Assembly: GCF_026626665.1 (NCBI RefSeq)
Contig: NZ_JAPNKE010000002.1
Location: 1,421,204-1,485,203, forward strand
Direction: 5' to 3'
Origin: Nannocystis pusilla
Lineage (GTDB): Bacteria > Myxococcota_A > Polyangia > Nannocystales > Nannocystaceae
Length of the DNA stretch: 64,000 nucleotides
Both the position numbers and the translations under genes were made by a program. The notes below the pieces were generated by a model, which was given only the letters and a program-made list of their open reading frames with translations, searched no databases and was not told the origin of the DNA. Positions 41,348 through 51,009 of this stretch are shown in pieces (position 1 is the first letter of the stretch; each line of letters opens with the position of its first letter).

Positions 41348-43405
41348 ATGGCGACGAACGAAGGGAGCCGCGACTCCGGCCAGGCTGGCGAGGATCGATC
41401 GGTGCCGCGGTTGACCGCGGTCATCGTGGATCCTCCGGACTCGCTCCCGCCGACGCCCGTGGTCTCGCACGAGCTGGGCGCCGACGACGACCTCGCAGAG
41501 GAGTATGAGGCAGCGCTCGAGAACCAGGTCTCGGCGGCCCACTTCTCGATCGAGCTCGGACGCCCGTCCGGCGAGGTCGAGCTCGACGGGCAGCCGACGA
41601 GCGTGGACGGCGAGCCCCAGGCCGAAGACGAGGACACCGTCGAGCGCACCGCCGCCAAGAGCCTCAAGGCCAAGGCGACGGCGGCCAAGCGCGACGCGCT
41701 GTTCGGCCAGGTGCTGGCCGACCGCTACCGGATCCTCGACCTCATCGGCAAGGGCGGGATGGGCAAGGTCTACCTCGCCGAGCACGTGGCGCTCGGCAAG
41801 AAGGTGGCCGTCAAGGTCCTGAACCCGGCCTACACCAACCGCCCCGACCAGGTGAAGCGGTTCCTCCGCGAGGCCCGGGCGGCGTCGACGATCGGCCACG
41901 AGAACGTCATCGACATCACCGACTTCGGCGCGATGCCCAACGGCCAGGTGTTCTTCGCCATGGAGCACCTGCAGGGCGAGGACCTCGGCAAGATCCTCAA
42001 GAAGGGGCCGATGTCGTGGGCGCGGGCCCGCCGGGTGCTGCTGCAGATCTGCCGCGCGCTGCAGGCCGCCCACGCGCACGGGATCATCCACCGGGACATG
42101 AAGCCGGAGAACGTCTTCCTGATCCAGCGCAACGGGATCCGCGACTTCGTCAAGGTGCTCGACTTCGGGATCGCCAAGTTCCTCGAGGAGAACCGCGACG
42201 GCGGCACGAACCCGCTGACGCAGGTGGGCGCGCTGATCGGCACGCCCGAGTACATGGCGCCGGAGCAGATCCACGGCGACCCGGCCGACCAGCGCATGGA
42301 CATCTATGCGGTCGGCTGCATCCTCTATCAGCTGCTCACCGGCAACCTCCCGTTCACCGACAAGACGATGTACGGGGTGCTGTCGCAGCAGGTGAACGCC
42401 AAGCCGGTGCCGCCGCGGCAGCTGGCGCCCGAGGCCGACATCCCGGTCGAGGTCGAGGCGGTCATCCTGAAGGCGATGGAGAAGGACAAGACGCAGCGTT
42501 ACCAGACGATGGGCGAGCTGATCGAAGCCATCGTCGCGACGCCGCGCGGGGCCGCCGGGGACGTCGGGCGGACCACCACGACCAACCTCGAGGCGGCGGC
42601 CCAGGCGGCGCGCCTGGCCGTCGGGGTCAGCATGCCGGCGGGCGTGGCCGTGCCCAACCCGGTCACGCCGGACGACTCGTTGCTGACGCAAGGACTCAGC
42701 AGCGCGTCGGGGCTGCGGCCGACGTCGCTGTCGCTGCCGTGGCGCGGCGGGACGATGGACGCGCAGATGTTGTCGCGCCTGGTGATCGGCCTCGGCGCGG
42801 CGGTGCTGGTGCTGGTGGTCGGCCTGGTGTGCGCGCTCAGCCGCAGCGACGATCCGAAGCCGCAGCCGGTCGACAAGCCCAGCGAGGTCGCGGCGGTCAC
42901 GGCCGGCTCGCCCGAGGCGCCGAAGCCGGTCGAGACGCCGGAGACGAAGATCGAGGCGCCGCCGGAGACGAAGGTCGAGCCGACGCCGGAGCCGAAGAAG
43001 GCCGACGACGAGCCGATCGTGGTCGACGACGAGGCGAAGAAGGACGCGGGCAAGAAGGCCACCGAGCCCAAGAAGACGACCACGGTCAAGAAGAGCGAGC
43101 CGTCCGCGCCGAAGGGCGAAGAGGTGTCGGCCAACTGGCCCGAGGTGCTGGGGCCGATGGAGCGCTCGCAGGCGCTGAAGAGCTACCGCGCCGAGTTCGA
43201 GACCTGCCGGACGATCAGCACGCCGAAGGGCAAGACCTACAAGCTGCGGCTCAAGGTCGACGGCCCGAAGGGGCGCGTGACCGAGGCGACGTCCGACGAC
43301 ACGAGCGCGGAGGCGAAGTGCCTGGCGCGGGCCTTCAAGACCAAGGTCCGGTTCGTCAACACCCGCAAGACGCCGCAAGAGTTCACGATCGTCGTGCCGC
43401 TCTGA
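41348..43405 (+). CDS. Ser/Thr protein kinase with a single TM helix and Lys/Pro/Glu-rich extracytoplasmic region
   Basis: GKGGMGKVY, HRDMKPENV, DFGIAK, GTPEYMAPE. TM segment LVIGLGAAVLVLVVGLVCAL. Confidence 0.8.
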   Translation: MATNEGSRDSGQAGEDRSVPRLTAVIVDPPDSLPPTPVVSHELGADDDLAEEYEAALENQVSAAHFSIELGRPSGEVELDGQPTSVDGEPQAEDEDTVERTAAKSLKAKATAAKRDALFGQVLADRYRILDLIGKGGMGKVYLAEHVALGKKVAVKVLNPAYTNRPDQVKRFLREARAASTIGHENVIDITDFGAMPNGQVFFAMEHLQGEDLGKILKKGPMSWARARRVLLQICRALQAAHAHGIIHRDMKPENVFLIQRNGIRDFVKVLDFGIAKFLEENRDGGTNPLTQVGALIGTPEYMAPEQIHGDPADQRMDIYAVGCILYQLLTGNLPFTDKTMYGVLSQQVNAKPVPPRQLAPEADIPVEVEAVILKAMEKDKTQRYQTMGELIEAIVATPRGAAGDVGRTTTTNLEAAAQAARLAVGVSMPAGVAVPNPVTPDDSLLTQGLSSASGLRPTSLSLPWRGGTMDAQMLSRLVIGLGAAVLVLVVGLVCALSRSDDPKPQPVDKPSEVAAVTAGSPEAPKPVETPETKIEAPPETKVEPTPEPKKADDEPIVVDDEAKKDAGKKATEPKKTTTVKKSEPSAPKGEEVSANWPEVLGPMERSQALKSYRAEFETCRTISTPKGKTYKLRLKVDGPKGRVTEATSDDTSAEAKCLARAFKTKVRFVNTRKTPQEFTIVVPL

Positions 43406-44712
43406 TGCGCGTCGCGTTCAGCACGCTCGGCTGTCGCCTCAACCAGTTCGAGTCCGACGCCCTCGAGCAGATGGCCCGCGCGGCCGGCCACACCGTGGTC
43501 GACGCCGAGGCCGCGCCCGAGGTCGTGATCGTCAACACCTGCACGATCACCCACGAGGCCGACGCCGACGCGCGCCAGCACGTGCGCCGGGCCGCGCGCG
43601 CCGGGGCGAAGGTGGTGGTCACCGGCTGCTGGGCGACGGCCGCCCCCGCCGAGGCGGCGGCGCTGCCCGGGGTGACGCTGGTGGTCGGCAACCGCGAGAA
43701 GGAGCGGCTGTTCGAGGTGCTCGGAGAGACATGTTCGGAAGGACATGTCCCGGAGATCCACGTGGCCCCGGTCGACCTGCTGCGGCGCGTCCGCGCGGCC
43801 CGCTTGCGCCCGGCCGCCGACCCGCGGCGCAGCCGGGCGTACCTGAAGATCCAGGACGGCTGCGACTACCGCTGCAGCTTCTGCATCGTGCCGCAGGTGC
43901 GCGGGCGCAGCGTGAGCGTGGCGCCCGCGGAGGCGCGGGCGCAGCTGGACGAGCTGGTCGCCGCGGGGGTGCCCGAGGTGGTGCTCACCGGGGTCCACCT
44001 CGGGATCTACGGCCGCGACCTGCGGCCGCGCAGCTCGTTGTCGTCGCTCGTCGCGGAGCTGCTGCCGCAGCTCGGGTCGGCGCGGCTGCGCCTCGGCTCG
44101 GTCGATCCGCACGAGGTCGACGATGACCTGGTGACGCTGTTGGCGAGCGACCCGCGGCTGTGTCCGTACCTCCACTTGCCGGTGCAGAGCGGCGACGACG
44201 ACACGCTGCGGCGCATGCGGCGGGCGCACACCGCCGCCGACCTGCAGGCGCTGGTGCCTCGCCTGGCCGCGGCGGTGCCGGGGATCGGCGTGGGCACCGA
44301 CGTGATCGTCGGCTTCCCGGGCGAGTCGGAGGAGGCGTTCGCGGCCACGCACGCGCTGCTGGCCGCGCTGCCGCTGGCGTACCTGCACGTGTTCGCCTAC
44401 TCGCCGCGCGCGGGCACCGACGCCGCCTGTCTCTCGGGTCAGGTCGACGCGGCGGTCAAGCAGCGGCGCGGGATGGCGTTGCGGGCGCTGTCGGCGGCGA
44501 AGCAGGAGGCGTTCGCGGCGGCGCAGATCGGGCGAACCCTGCCGGTGGTGATGCACCGGTCGCGACACCGGCGTACAGGGCTGCTGGTGGGTCGGGCCGG
44601 CAACGGCTTGACGGTGCTGGCGGCCGGCGACGACGCGCTGCTGGGCCGGGCGACCCAGATCGAGGTCGAGCGCGCCGAGGGGCCGCTCGCGCTCGGTCGA
44701 CTGCTCGCGTGA
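43405..44712 (+). CDS. MiaB-like tRNA methylthiotransferase (MtaB-type MTTase: N-terminal MTTase domain plus radical SAM)
   Basis: The ATG overlaps the kinase TGA (TGATG). CDYRCSFCIVP radical SAM motif; N-terminal VNTCTITHEAD. Confidence 0.8.
   Translation: MRVAFSTLGCRLNQFESDALEQMARAAGHTVVDAEAAPEVVIVNTCTITHEADADARQHVRRAARAGAKVVVTGCWATAAPAEAAALPGVTLVVGNREKERLFEVLGETCSEGHVPEIHVAPVDLLRRVRAARLRPAADPRRSRAYLKIQDGCDYRCSFCIVPQVRGRSVSVAPAEARAQLDELVAAGVPEVVLTGVHLGIYGRDLRPRSSLSSLVAELLPQLGSARLRLGSVDPHEVDDDLVTLLASDPRLCPYLHLPVQSGDDDTLRRMRRAHTAADLQALVPRLAAAVPGIGVGTDVIVGFPGESEEAFAATHALLAALPLAYLHVFAYSPRAGTDAACLSGQVDAAVKQRRGMALRALSAAKQEAFAAAQIGRTLPVVMHRSRHRRTGLLVGRAGNGLTVLAAGDDALLGRATQIEVERAEGPLALGRLLA
43724..43760. 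repeat. GGACATGTCC-family element (GAGACATGTTCGGAAGGACATGTCCCGGAG) lying in frame inside the MTTase coding sequence
   Basis: Encodes ...GETCSEGHVPE... in the linker between the MTTase N-domain and the radical SAM core. Confidence 0.6.
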
Positions 44713-44990
44713 GTGCGGCGCGATGCGTGACTTCGCTGCGGAGGAGCCTCGGGCGAGTACCGACGCTCACGCGCCGGTTCGGTTCGAACTTCCGGACAGG
44801 TGATGCGCCACGAGCCGCGTTTGCCCGCCGATCCCTGTTCCGGACAGGCAGGGCGCGGGACAGGTGATGCGCCACGAGCCGCGTTTTGTCCGCCGATCCC
44901 TGTTCCGGGACAGGCAAGGCGCGGCCGTTCACGAGCGTTCGAGTCGGTCTGAACTTCGGGACAGGTGATGCGCCTCGCCGGTCAGCCCCA
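44713..44990. repeat. Tandem array of ~65-nt units (GGACAGGTGATGCGCCACGAGCCGCGTTTGCCCGCCGATCCCTGTTCCGGACAGGCAGGGCGCG), two full and two partial copies
   Basis: Direct repeat read at 44792-44985. The units contain a GAACTTCGGGACAGG module that is also present at 57618. Confidence 0.75.
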
Positions 44991-45767
44991 GAACCAGGCT
45001 TCGGCCTCGCACCAGAGCTCGCGCGGCGGGCGGTAGTCGTAGTGGACCGGCACGTGGATGGCGTCGACGCGGCGGGCCAGCTCGCGCAGCGCGACCGCGT
45101 CGGGGATGGCGGCGAGCTCTGCGACCGTCGGTTCGGTCGGGATGTCGCAGTCTTCGGGGGCGACGATCGCTTTGCCGGTGAAGGGGTTCGTGGCCACGAC
45201 CTCGCCCTCGCGCACGTGCCGGGTCTTCGGGAACAGCATCCGCGGGCCGAAGTTGATCCACATGGCGATCAGGTCGCGGTCGTCGATCTGTTCGGCCGCT
45301 CGCGTCACCTGCAGCGCGACGTTGCCGAGCGGCAGCGGCCGCGGCGGCTCGGCGTCGGCGCCTCGCAGCACCCCGGCGGCGACGAGGTCGTGCCACAGCG
45401 GCGTGCCGGCGTCGCAGTACAGGGCGCCCGCGAGGAGGTAACCGTTCTCGTGACCGACGGAGGGCCGGTCTTCGGGCGGCTCGCGGCCGAGGACCTCCGA
45501 GTCGACGAAGCGCCACTCCTTCGGCGGCGCGCCCTTGAAGGCGCGGTTGTTGGCGGCGAACTGCGGGTGCGCGGTGATCGGCAGGCGGTAGGTGAAGCGC
45601 CGCGCGATCAGGATGTCGAGCACGCGCCCGTGGGTGAAGCCGCAGTCGAAGCCGGCCTGGAAGGCGTGGAGCGCGAAGAACAGGTCGCGATGGTCGTCGC
45701 CGCGGTGGTGCTCGTGAAGGACGCGCACCGAGTCGGCGACGGTGTCTTCGATCTCGTGCTGGGACAT
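44982..45767 (-). CDS. Hypothetical protein (261 aa)
   Basis: Clean ORF with Myxococcales-like codon usage. No motif I can assign. Confidence 0.4.
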   Translation of the reverse strand: MSQHEIEDTVADSVRVLHEHHRGDDHRDLFFALHAFQAGFDCGFTHGRVLDILIARRFTYRLPITAHPQFAANNRAFKGAPPKEWRFVDSEVLGREPPEDRPSVGHENGYLLAGALYCDAGTPLWHDLVAAGVLRGADAEPPRPLPLGNVALQVTRAAEQIDDRDLIAMWINFGPRMLFPKTRHVREGEVVATNPFTGKAIVAPEDCDIPTEPTVAELAAIPDAVALRELARRVDAIHVPVHYDYRPPRELWCEAEAWFWG

Positions 45768-45804
45768 GCGAGATCAGCCGGACGGACGTCGGCGCCGAGC
45801 TGGC

Positions 45805-45826
45805 CGCGAGGACATGTCCTGGCGGC
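45805..45826. repeat. Near-perfect palindrome CCGCGAGGACATGTCCTGGCGG
   Basis: Intergenic, between the hypothetical gene and the MBL hydrolase gene. Confidence 0.6.
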
Positions 45827-45834
45827 CAGTCGGC

Positions 45835-46650
45835 TCAGAGCTTCAGCTTCATGCCGTCGCGGGCGGCGACGGTGCCGGGGTAGGCTTCCTGGGCGGCCGC
45901 CTCGATCTTGCGCAGCATCTCGTCGTCGTGGGCCGGGTCGTGGCTGTAGAGGACGAGCTTGCCGACGCGGGCGGCGCGGGCCAGCTTGACGGCCTCGGCG
46001 AAGGTGCTGTGGCCCCAGCCCTGCTTGCCGGCGCTGTACTCCTCGGAGGTGTACTGGGCGTCGTAGATCAGGACGTCTGCCCCTTCGGCCAGGTCCCGCA
46101 GGGTCTCGTTGATGTGGTCGGGCGCGTGCTCGGTGTCGGTGGCGAACACGACCGACTTGCCGCGCTCGTCGACGCGGAACGCGGTGCTCTCCTGCGGGTG
46201 CGGCAGCGGGATGTGCCGCAGCGTCGCCTCGGCGATCGTCGTGACCTCCTGCGGCAGCAGGTGATGGAAGAGCTTGGTGGAGCCCATCACGTCGAGGCCG
46301 ACCGGGAAGAACGGCGTCGACATCTGCCGGTCGAGGACGGCGCGCGCGTCCTTCGTGCAGTAGATGTGGAGGCGGAAGTCCGGCATGAAGGCCGGCGGGA
46401 AGAACGGGAAGCCCTGGATGTGATCCCAGTGAGCGTGGGTCAGAAACAGGTGGATGACCCGCGAGTGCGCGGCTCGAGTCTGCACGAGGCGGATGCCGAG
46501 CTCACGGATGCCCGAGCCCGAGTCGAGGATGACGGTGTCCGTCGTGCTCTCGAGCGAAATCTGAAGGCAGGGCGTGTTGCCGCCGAACTCTGCGTACCGC
46601 GGCCCGGAAACTGGAATGCTGCCCCGGGTGCCCCAGAAAGTCACTTCCAT
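45835..46650 (-). CDS. MBL-fold metallo-hydrolase
   Basis: HAHWDH metal-binding motif (HxHxDH). Confidence 0.7.
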   Translation of the reverse strand: MEVTFWGTRGSIPVSGPRYAEFGGNTPCLQISLESTTDTVILDSGSGIRELGIRLVQTRAAHSRVIHLFLTHAHWDHIQGFPFFPPAFMPDFRLHIYCTKDARAVLDRQMSTPFFPVGLDVMGSTKLFHHLLPQEVTTIAEATLRHIPLPHPQESTAFRVDERGKSVVFATDTEHAPDHINETLRDLAEGADVLIYDAQYTSEEYSAGKQGWGHSTFAEAVKLARAARVGKLVLYSHDPAHDDEMLRKIEAAAQEAYPGTVAARDGMKLKL

Positions 46651-47037
46651 GGGGCGCTATCCTTCGCTGGCTGCATGTTTCGCCGATGATAGGGCAGAAC
46701 AAATTCGGCTGGCAAGCACGGGCCCATGGCACCTCGGAGGTCGGACGGAGATGATATCGCAGTCCGGCCGCCGAGGGGCACGCGCACCAGGCGGTCGCAA
46801 CCCGGTTCGTGGGGCGCTGGACGGCCGGCGGGGAGTCGGGAATCGCCGGGGTTTTTCGCCGCCAATCGCCCCGAAGCAGCGGCGGAGCGGCATCAGACCC
46901 GTCGCGGAGCCGACCCTGGCGGGGGCGACCCGGGCCCACATGGCGCAGGGCGCGTGAGGCGGCGCCGCCGAATTCGCGCGTGGCTACCGGTTCATGGCGA
47001 GGCGCACGGGTTTATTTGCGGGGCCGATCCCGGCGAG

Positions 47038-48249
47038 TCAGCCGATGATCATGTCCTCGCGGCGGGCGACGCCCCCGGCGGCGAAGCGACCCGGGGACCA
47101 GCGCGCCAGCATCGGGTGGGCCTCGCCGAGGGCGAGCCAGCGCGCGAGCAGCCGACCCACCGCGGGCGCCATCATGAAGCCGTGCCCGGTGAAGCCGCAC
47201 ACCTGGATGAAGTCGGGGTGGCCGGGGCTCGGGCCGACGATCGCGTCGCCGTCGGGCGAGACGTCGTAAGGACCGACCCACTGCCGCAGGACCTTCATCG
47301 CCGCGGTGATCGGCATCAGGCGCGTGAGCGTGGCGCTGAGGTGGGTGAGGAAGCGGAGGCTGGAGTGGAGGGTGAGGCTCTCGTCGCTGCCGTCGGGTGC
47401 GTCGGGCAGGCTGATGCCGGTGACGAGCTCGCCGCGGGTGCTCTGGGAGAAGTAGAGGCCGCTCGAGAGGTCGACGACCAGCGGATCGAGGAAGGGCTTG
47501 AGCGGCTCGCTCGAGAGGATCTCGTGGCGGTGCGGGCGGTTGGGCAGGTCGATGCCGAGCTGGCGGTTGAGCGCGCCCGACCACGCGCCGGTGGCGTTGA
47601 CGACCCGGCGCGCGCGCACGACCTCGCCGGTGTGCAGGTGCAGCGCGAAGCCCTGGGCCAGCGGCTCGACGCGGACGACGCTGGTGTGCGTGCGCAGGAC
47701 GACGCCGCGCTCGACGGCCTTGGCGGCGTAGCCCCACACGAAGGCCCACGGGAACACGACGCCGTCTTCGGGGTTGAAGGTGGCGAGCCGGACCTCGGCG
47801 ACGTCGAGCTGGGGGACGATCGCCTGCGCCTCGGCGGCGGTGAGCAGGCGGGTCGGCGCCCCGACCTCGCCGTGCAGCTGGACGTTGCGCTCGAGCCGAC
47901 GCTCGCCGGCCTCGGTGCGGGCGAGGAACAGGTAGCCGCCCTGGCGGAACCACAAGTTGATGCCGAGCTGCTGCGCGAGGTCCTTGCACAGCTCGATGCT
48001 GTCCATCATCAGGCGGACGTTGCCGGCGTCGCCCCACTGCATGCGCACGCCGCCGCCGTTGCGGCCGGAGGCGCCGCTGACGAGGTAGCTGCGCTCGATG
48101 ACGGCGATCGACAGCGGCGGCTTGCCCTTGCCGCCCGACAGCAGAGCCAGGTGGTAGGCGAGCCCCAGGCCCATGATGCCGCCGCCGATCACCGCGACGT
48201 CGACGTCGGCCGGCAGCGGGGTGTCGGCGCGGCCCATCGCTACGGTCAT
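47038..48249 (-). CDS. FAD-dependent oxidoreductase, sarcosine-oxidase-beta/HcnC/opine-oxidase-subunit-B-like
   Basis: ATG at 48249 (MTVAMGR...). VAVIGGGIMG dinucleotide-binding motif; DAO family architecture. Confidence 0.65.
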   Translation of the reverse strand: MTVAMGRADTPLPADVDVAVIGGGIMGLGLAYHLALLSGGKGKPPLSIAVIERSYLVSGASGRNGGGVRMQWGDAGNVRLMMDSIELCKDLAQQLGINLWFRQGGYLFLARTEAGERRLERNVQLHGEVGAPTRLLTAAEAQAIVPQLDVAEVRLATFNPEDGVVFPWAFVWGYAAKAVERGVVLRTHTSVVRVEPLAQGFALHLHTGEVVRARRVVNATGAWSGALNRQLGIDLPNRPHRHEILSSEPLKPFLDPLVVDLSSGLYFSQSTRGELVTGISLPDAPDGSDESLTLHSSLRFLTHLSATLTRLMPITAAMKVLRQWVGPYDVSPDGDAIVGPSPGHPDFIQVCGFTGHGFMMAPAVGRLLARWLALGEAHPMLARWSPGRFAAGGVARREDMIIG

Positions 48250-48539
48250 GGCGACGGCTCCTCCGGGTGCTCGGTCGCGCCGGCCGCGAGGGCGGCGAAG
48301 GTGACGGGCTCGACCGGCGGGCGGGCGGTGAACGGGCGCAGGGCGGCGGGCGCGATCAGGTTGCGGGCGACGAGCAGCCGCCCCAGCGCCGACAGGCACT
48401 CCTTGCCCTGGCACGGCCCGGTGCCGAGGCCGGTGTAGCGCTTGATCTCCTCGACGTCGATCAGACCGGCGGCGATGGCCCGCTCGATCTCCGTCAGAGT
48501 GACGTCCTCGCAGCGACAGACGAAGGTGCGCGCGGTCAT
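48246..48539 (-). CDS. (2Fe-2S)-binding small subunit (HcnA / opine-oxidase-subunit-C-like)
   Basis: 97 aa. The CRCEDVT...GTGPCQGKEC cysteine pattern is typical of the BFD-like 2Fe-2S subunit. ATGA overlaps the downstream gene. Confidence 0.55.
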   Translation of the reverse strand: MTARTFVCRCEDVTLTEIERAIAAGLIDVEEIKRYTGLGTGPCQGKECLSALGRLLVARNLIAPAALRPFTARPPVEPVTFAALAAGATEHPEEPSP

Positions 48540-48590
48540 GGCAGGCCTCGCGGGGGCAGGAGAGAGGGCGACGGCGACCGCAGGGACAGG

Positions 48591-49928
48591 TCAGGCGCGG
48601 GCATGGCTGTCCTTCGGGTCAGGTGACTCGGCGAGCGCGCGCACCAGGGCGGCGGCGCAGCGGTCGACGGTGCCGCGGATCTCGGCGGGCGTGGTGGCGC
48701 CGGCCAGCTCGCCGACGGCCCACAGCGTCCACGGCGGAGGCGGAGCGGTCTGGGCGCCTTCGGCCTCGAGCGGGTGCGCGGCCGGGCCGGCGGCGATCCG
48801 GCCGTCGGCGTCGACGACGGGGGCGAAGCCGGCCCCGGTGAAGTGGATCGGGGCGCCGGCCTGGGCGGCCAGCTCGAAGGCGGGGGCGGGGTCGGGGGCG
48901 AGGGCGACGAGGTCGCAGCGGAGGATCTTGCCGTCCTCGAGCTGGACGCCCTTGACCCGGCGCGCGCCGATCAGCTTGCGCACGCGCGCCGGCGGGACCC
49001 GCTCGGCGGCGAGGGTGCTAGCGAGCAGCTCGGCGCGGGCGCCCTCGCCGATGACGACGACGCGCGCGCTCGACTTGCGACCTGTCTGTTCGAGCATGTC
49101 CGCGAGGCCACGTGCGGACACGACCCCGGGGAGGTCGTTGTTGGCCAGCGGGATGGTCGGCTCGTGGGCGCCGACGGCCAGGACGACGTGGCGCGGGCGC
49201 AGGCGGTGGAGCACCGGCGGCTGCTCGGAGGCGGCGGCCCACAGCCGCTCCTGCGGGTAGCAGGCGAACACGCCGACGCCGGCGAGGAGCCGCGCCGGGA
49301 GGTCGCTGCCGCCGAGGGCGGTGGCGGCGCGGCGCTCGACGACCAGCGGCGGGTGGCCGGCGGCGGTCAGGGCGGCCGCGAGCGCGCGGCCGGAGCGACC
49401 TGCCCCGATGACCAGGACCTCGGGGGCATGGTCGACGACGGCGGCGACGTCTTCGGGCGGCGCGTCGGGCAGCTCGCCGAAGCCGGCCAGCTCGCGGGCG
49501 ACGCCCTGCATCATCTGGTTGGCGATCCGCGGGTAGACGACGAGGTGGTGGTGATCGATGCCGCGGCGGAACACCTGGTCGACGAGGGCGGTCGGGTCGA
49601 GGCCGCCGTAGGTGTTCTGCGGCTCGACGCACATGTCCTCGCGGACAGGCGTGAGGCAGGCCCGCTGGTTGGGCCGGCCGTCGACGCGCACGAGGCAGGT
49701 GCCGCAGCCGCCGTGCAGGCAGGCGGGGCCGCGCAGCCGGCGGTACTTGGCGCTGCGGCTGGTGGCGAGCTCGCCGGCGGCGATCAACGCGGAGGCGACG
49801 GTGTCGCCGGGGCAGGCGGCGACCGGGGCGCCGTCCCAGCGGAAGGAGATCGTCGGAGGCCCGGGCGGTGCGAGCAGGGGTGCCTTGGGCACGCGCCTGC
49901 GATAGCACGCCGCGCCGCGCGGGGACAT
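48591..49928 (-). CDS. NAD(P)/FAD-dependent oxidoreductase with N-terminal 2Fe-2S domain (HcnB / sarcosine-oxidase-alpha-like)
   Basis: N-terminal C...CLHGGCGTC...C ferredoxin-like cluster; VLVIGAGRSG dinucleotide motif. Confidence 0.6.
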   Translation of the reverse strand: MSPRGAACYRRRVPKAPLLAPPGPPTISFRWDGAPVAACPGDTVASALIAAGELATSRSAKYRRLRGPACLHGGCGTCLVRVDGRPNQRACLTPVREDMCVEPQNTYGGLDPTALVDQVFRRGIDHHHLVVYPRIANQMMQGVARELAGFGELPDAPPEDVAAVVDHAPEVLVIGAGRSGRALAAALTAAGHPPLVVERRAATALGGSDLPARLLAGVGVFACYPQERLWAAASEQPPVLHRLRPRHVVLAVGAHEPTIPLANNDLPGVVSARGLADMLEQTGRKSSARVVVIGEGARAELLASTLAAERVPPARVRKLIGARRVKGVQLEDGKILRCDLVALAPDPAPAFELAAQAGAPIHFTGAGFAPVVDADGRIAAGPAAHPLEAEGAQTAPPPPWTLWAVGELAGATTPAEIRGTVDRCAAALVRALAESPDPKDSHARA

Positions 49929-50234
49929 GGGCGCCCGCGGGCGCGCCGCTTGCCCTCGGTCACGAGCCCTGGCGGGGCGCGAGATTCCCGACGCGGCCGA
50001 ACTTCATCACCGAGTGGTGCGTGGTCGAAGTCGGGGCGGGAGGCGGCCAGCGATCGGGTGCGGCGCGGCTCGAGCGACGCGGGGGCGAAATCACTTCACG
50101 GCGGGCTGAACCGTCGCGGATGGCCTGGCGGCGAGGAGCACGGGGGCGGGCTGAACGGTCGCGGCGACGCGGGCCCGGCGGCTCGCGGACGGCGAGGAAC
50201 CTCGTGCGACCGCGCGAGGCTCTCGTCGCGCTCG

Positions 50235-50966
50235 TCAGGCGCGCGGCGGTCGGGCGCCGAAGATGGCGGTGCCGACGCGGACCATGGTCGCGCCCTCTTC
50301 GATCGCAACCTCGAAGTCGGCGCTCATGCCCATGGAGAGGTGGACCAGGTCGACGCCGGGGCGCGCGATCGCGGCTTCACGGCGCAGCAGCTCGCGCAGG
50401 CGGGCGAAGTACGGGCGAGTCTGCTCCGGCTCGCCTTCGGGGGGAATCGCCATGAGGCCGACGCAGCGCAACTGGGGACGGGCGGCGATCTGGTCGAGCA
50501 GCGCGGGCAGTTCGGTGGTGGCGACGCCGGCCTTCTGGGCCTCGTCGCCGACGTTGACCTCGACGAGCAGCTCGAGCGGGGTAGTGGCGCCTCGACCCGC
50601 GCGCAGGCGCTCGACCTCGCGGGCGAGCTCGTCGACGAGCCCCGGGCGATCGACGGTGTGGACGAGGGCGCCGACGGCGACGACCTTGCGCACCTTGTTG
50701 GTCTGCAGCGGGCCGATGAAGTGCCAGCGCGGCGGGGTGACCTCCGCCGCGACGAGCTCGGCCTTGGCCACCAGCTCCTGGGCGTAGTTCTCGCCGAGGT
50801 CGCCGAGGCCGGCCCGGCAGGCGGCGATCACGGCCTCGGCGGGCTGCTTCTTGCTGACGCCGATGAGGGTGGGCACGGGACCGGGGCCGCGGCGGGCGAC
50901 GGCGGCGGCGATCCGGGCGCGGACGGCGGCGAGGTTGGCGGCGATGTCGTCTGGCGTCAAGGACAT
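50235..50966 (-). CDS. yggS: YggS-family pyridoxal-phosphate homeostasis protein
   Basis: LIGVSKKQP (PLP lysine) and the C-terminal HLSMGMS.DF motif. Confidence 0.8.
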   Translation of the reverse strand: MSLTPDDIAANLAAVRARIAAAVARRGPGPVPTLIGVSKKQPAEAVIAACRAGLGDLGENYAQELVAKAELVAAEVTPPRWHFIGPLQTNKVRKVVAVGALVHTVDRPGLVDELAREVERLRAGRGATTPLELLVEVNVGDEAQKAGVATTELPALLDQIAARPQLRCVGLMAIPPEGEPEQTRPYFARLRELLRREAAIARPGVDLVHLSMGMSADFEVAIEEGATMVRVGTAIFGARPPRA

Positions 50967-51009
50967 GTCTTAAAGGGCCTGCGCGAAGAGACAGGCAGAG
51001 TCGGCGGGG

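Noticed and set aside
44886-45989. 367-aa plus-strand ORF
   Set aside because: It is antisense to the better-supported hypothetical gene 44982-45767, and is Arg/Gly-rich with no motifs.
46690-46760. Sigma-54 promoter (TGGCAC-N5-TTGC) near CTGGCAAGCACGGGCCCATGGCACC upstream of the MBL hydrolase gene
   Set aside because: The GG/GC spacing does not fit the -24/-12 consensus in either copy.
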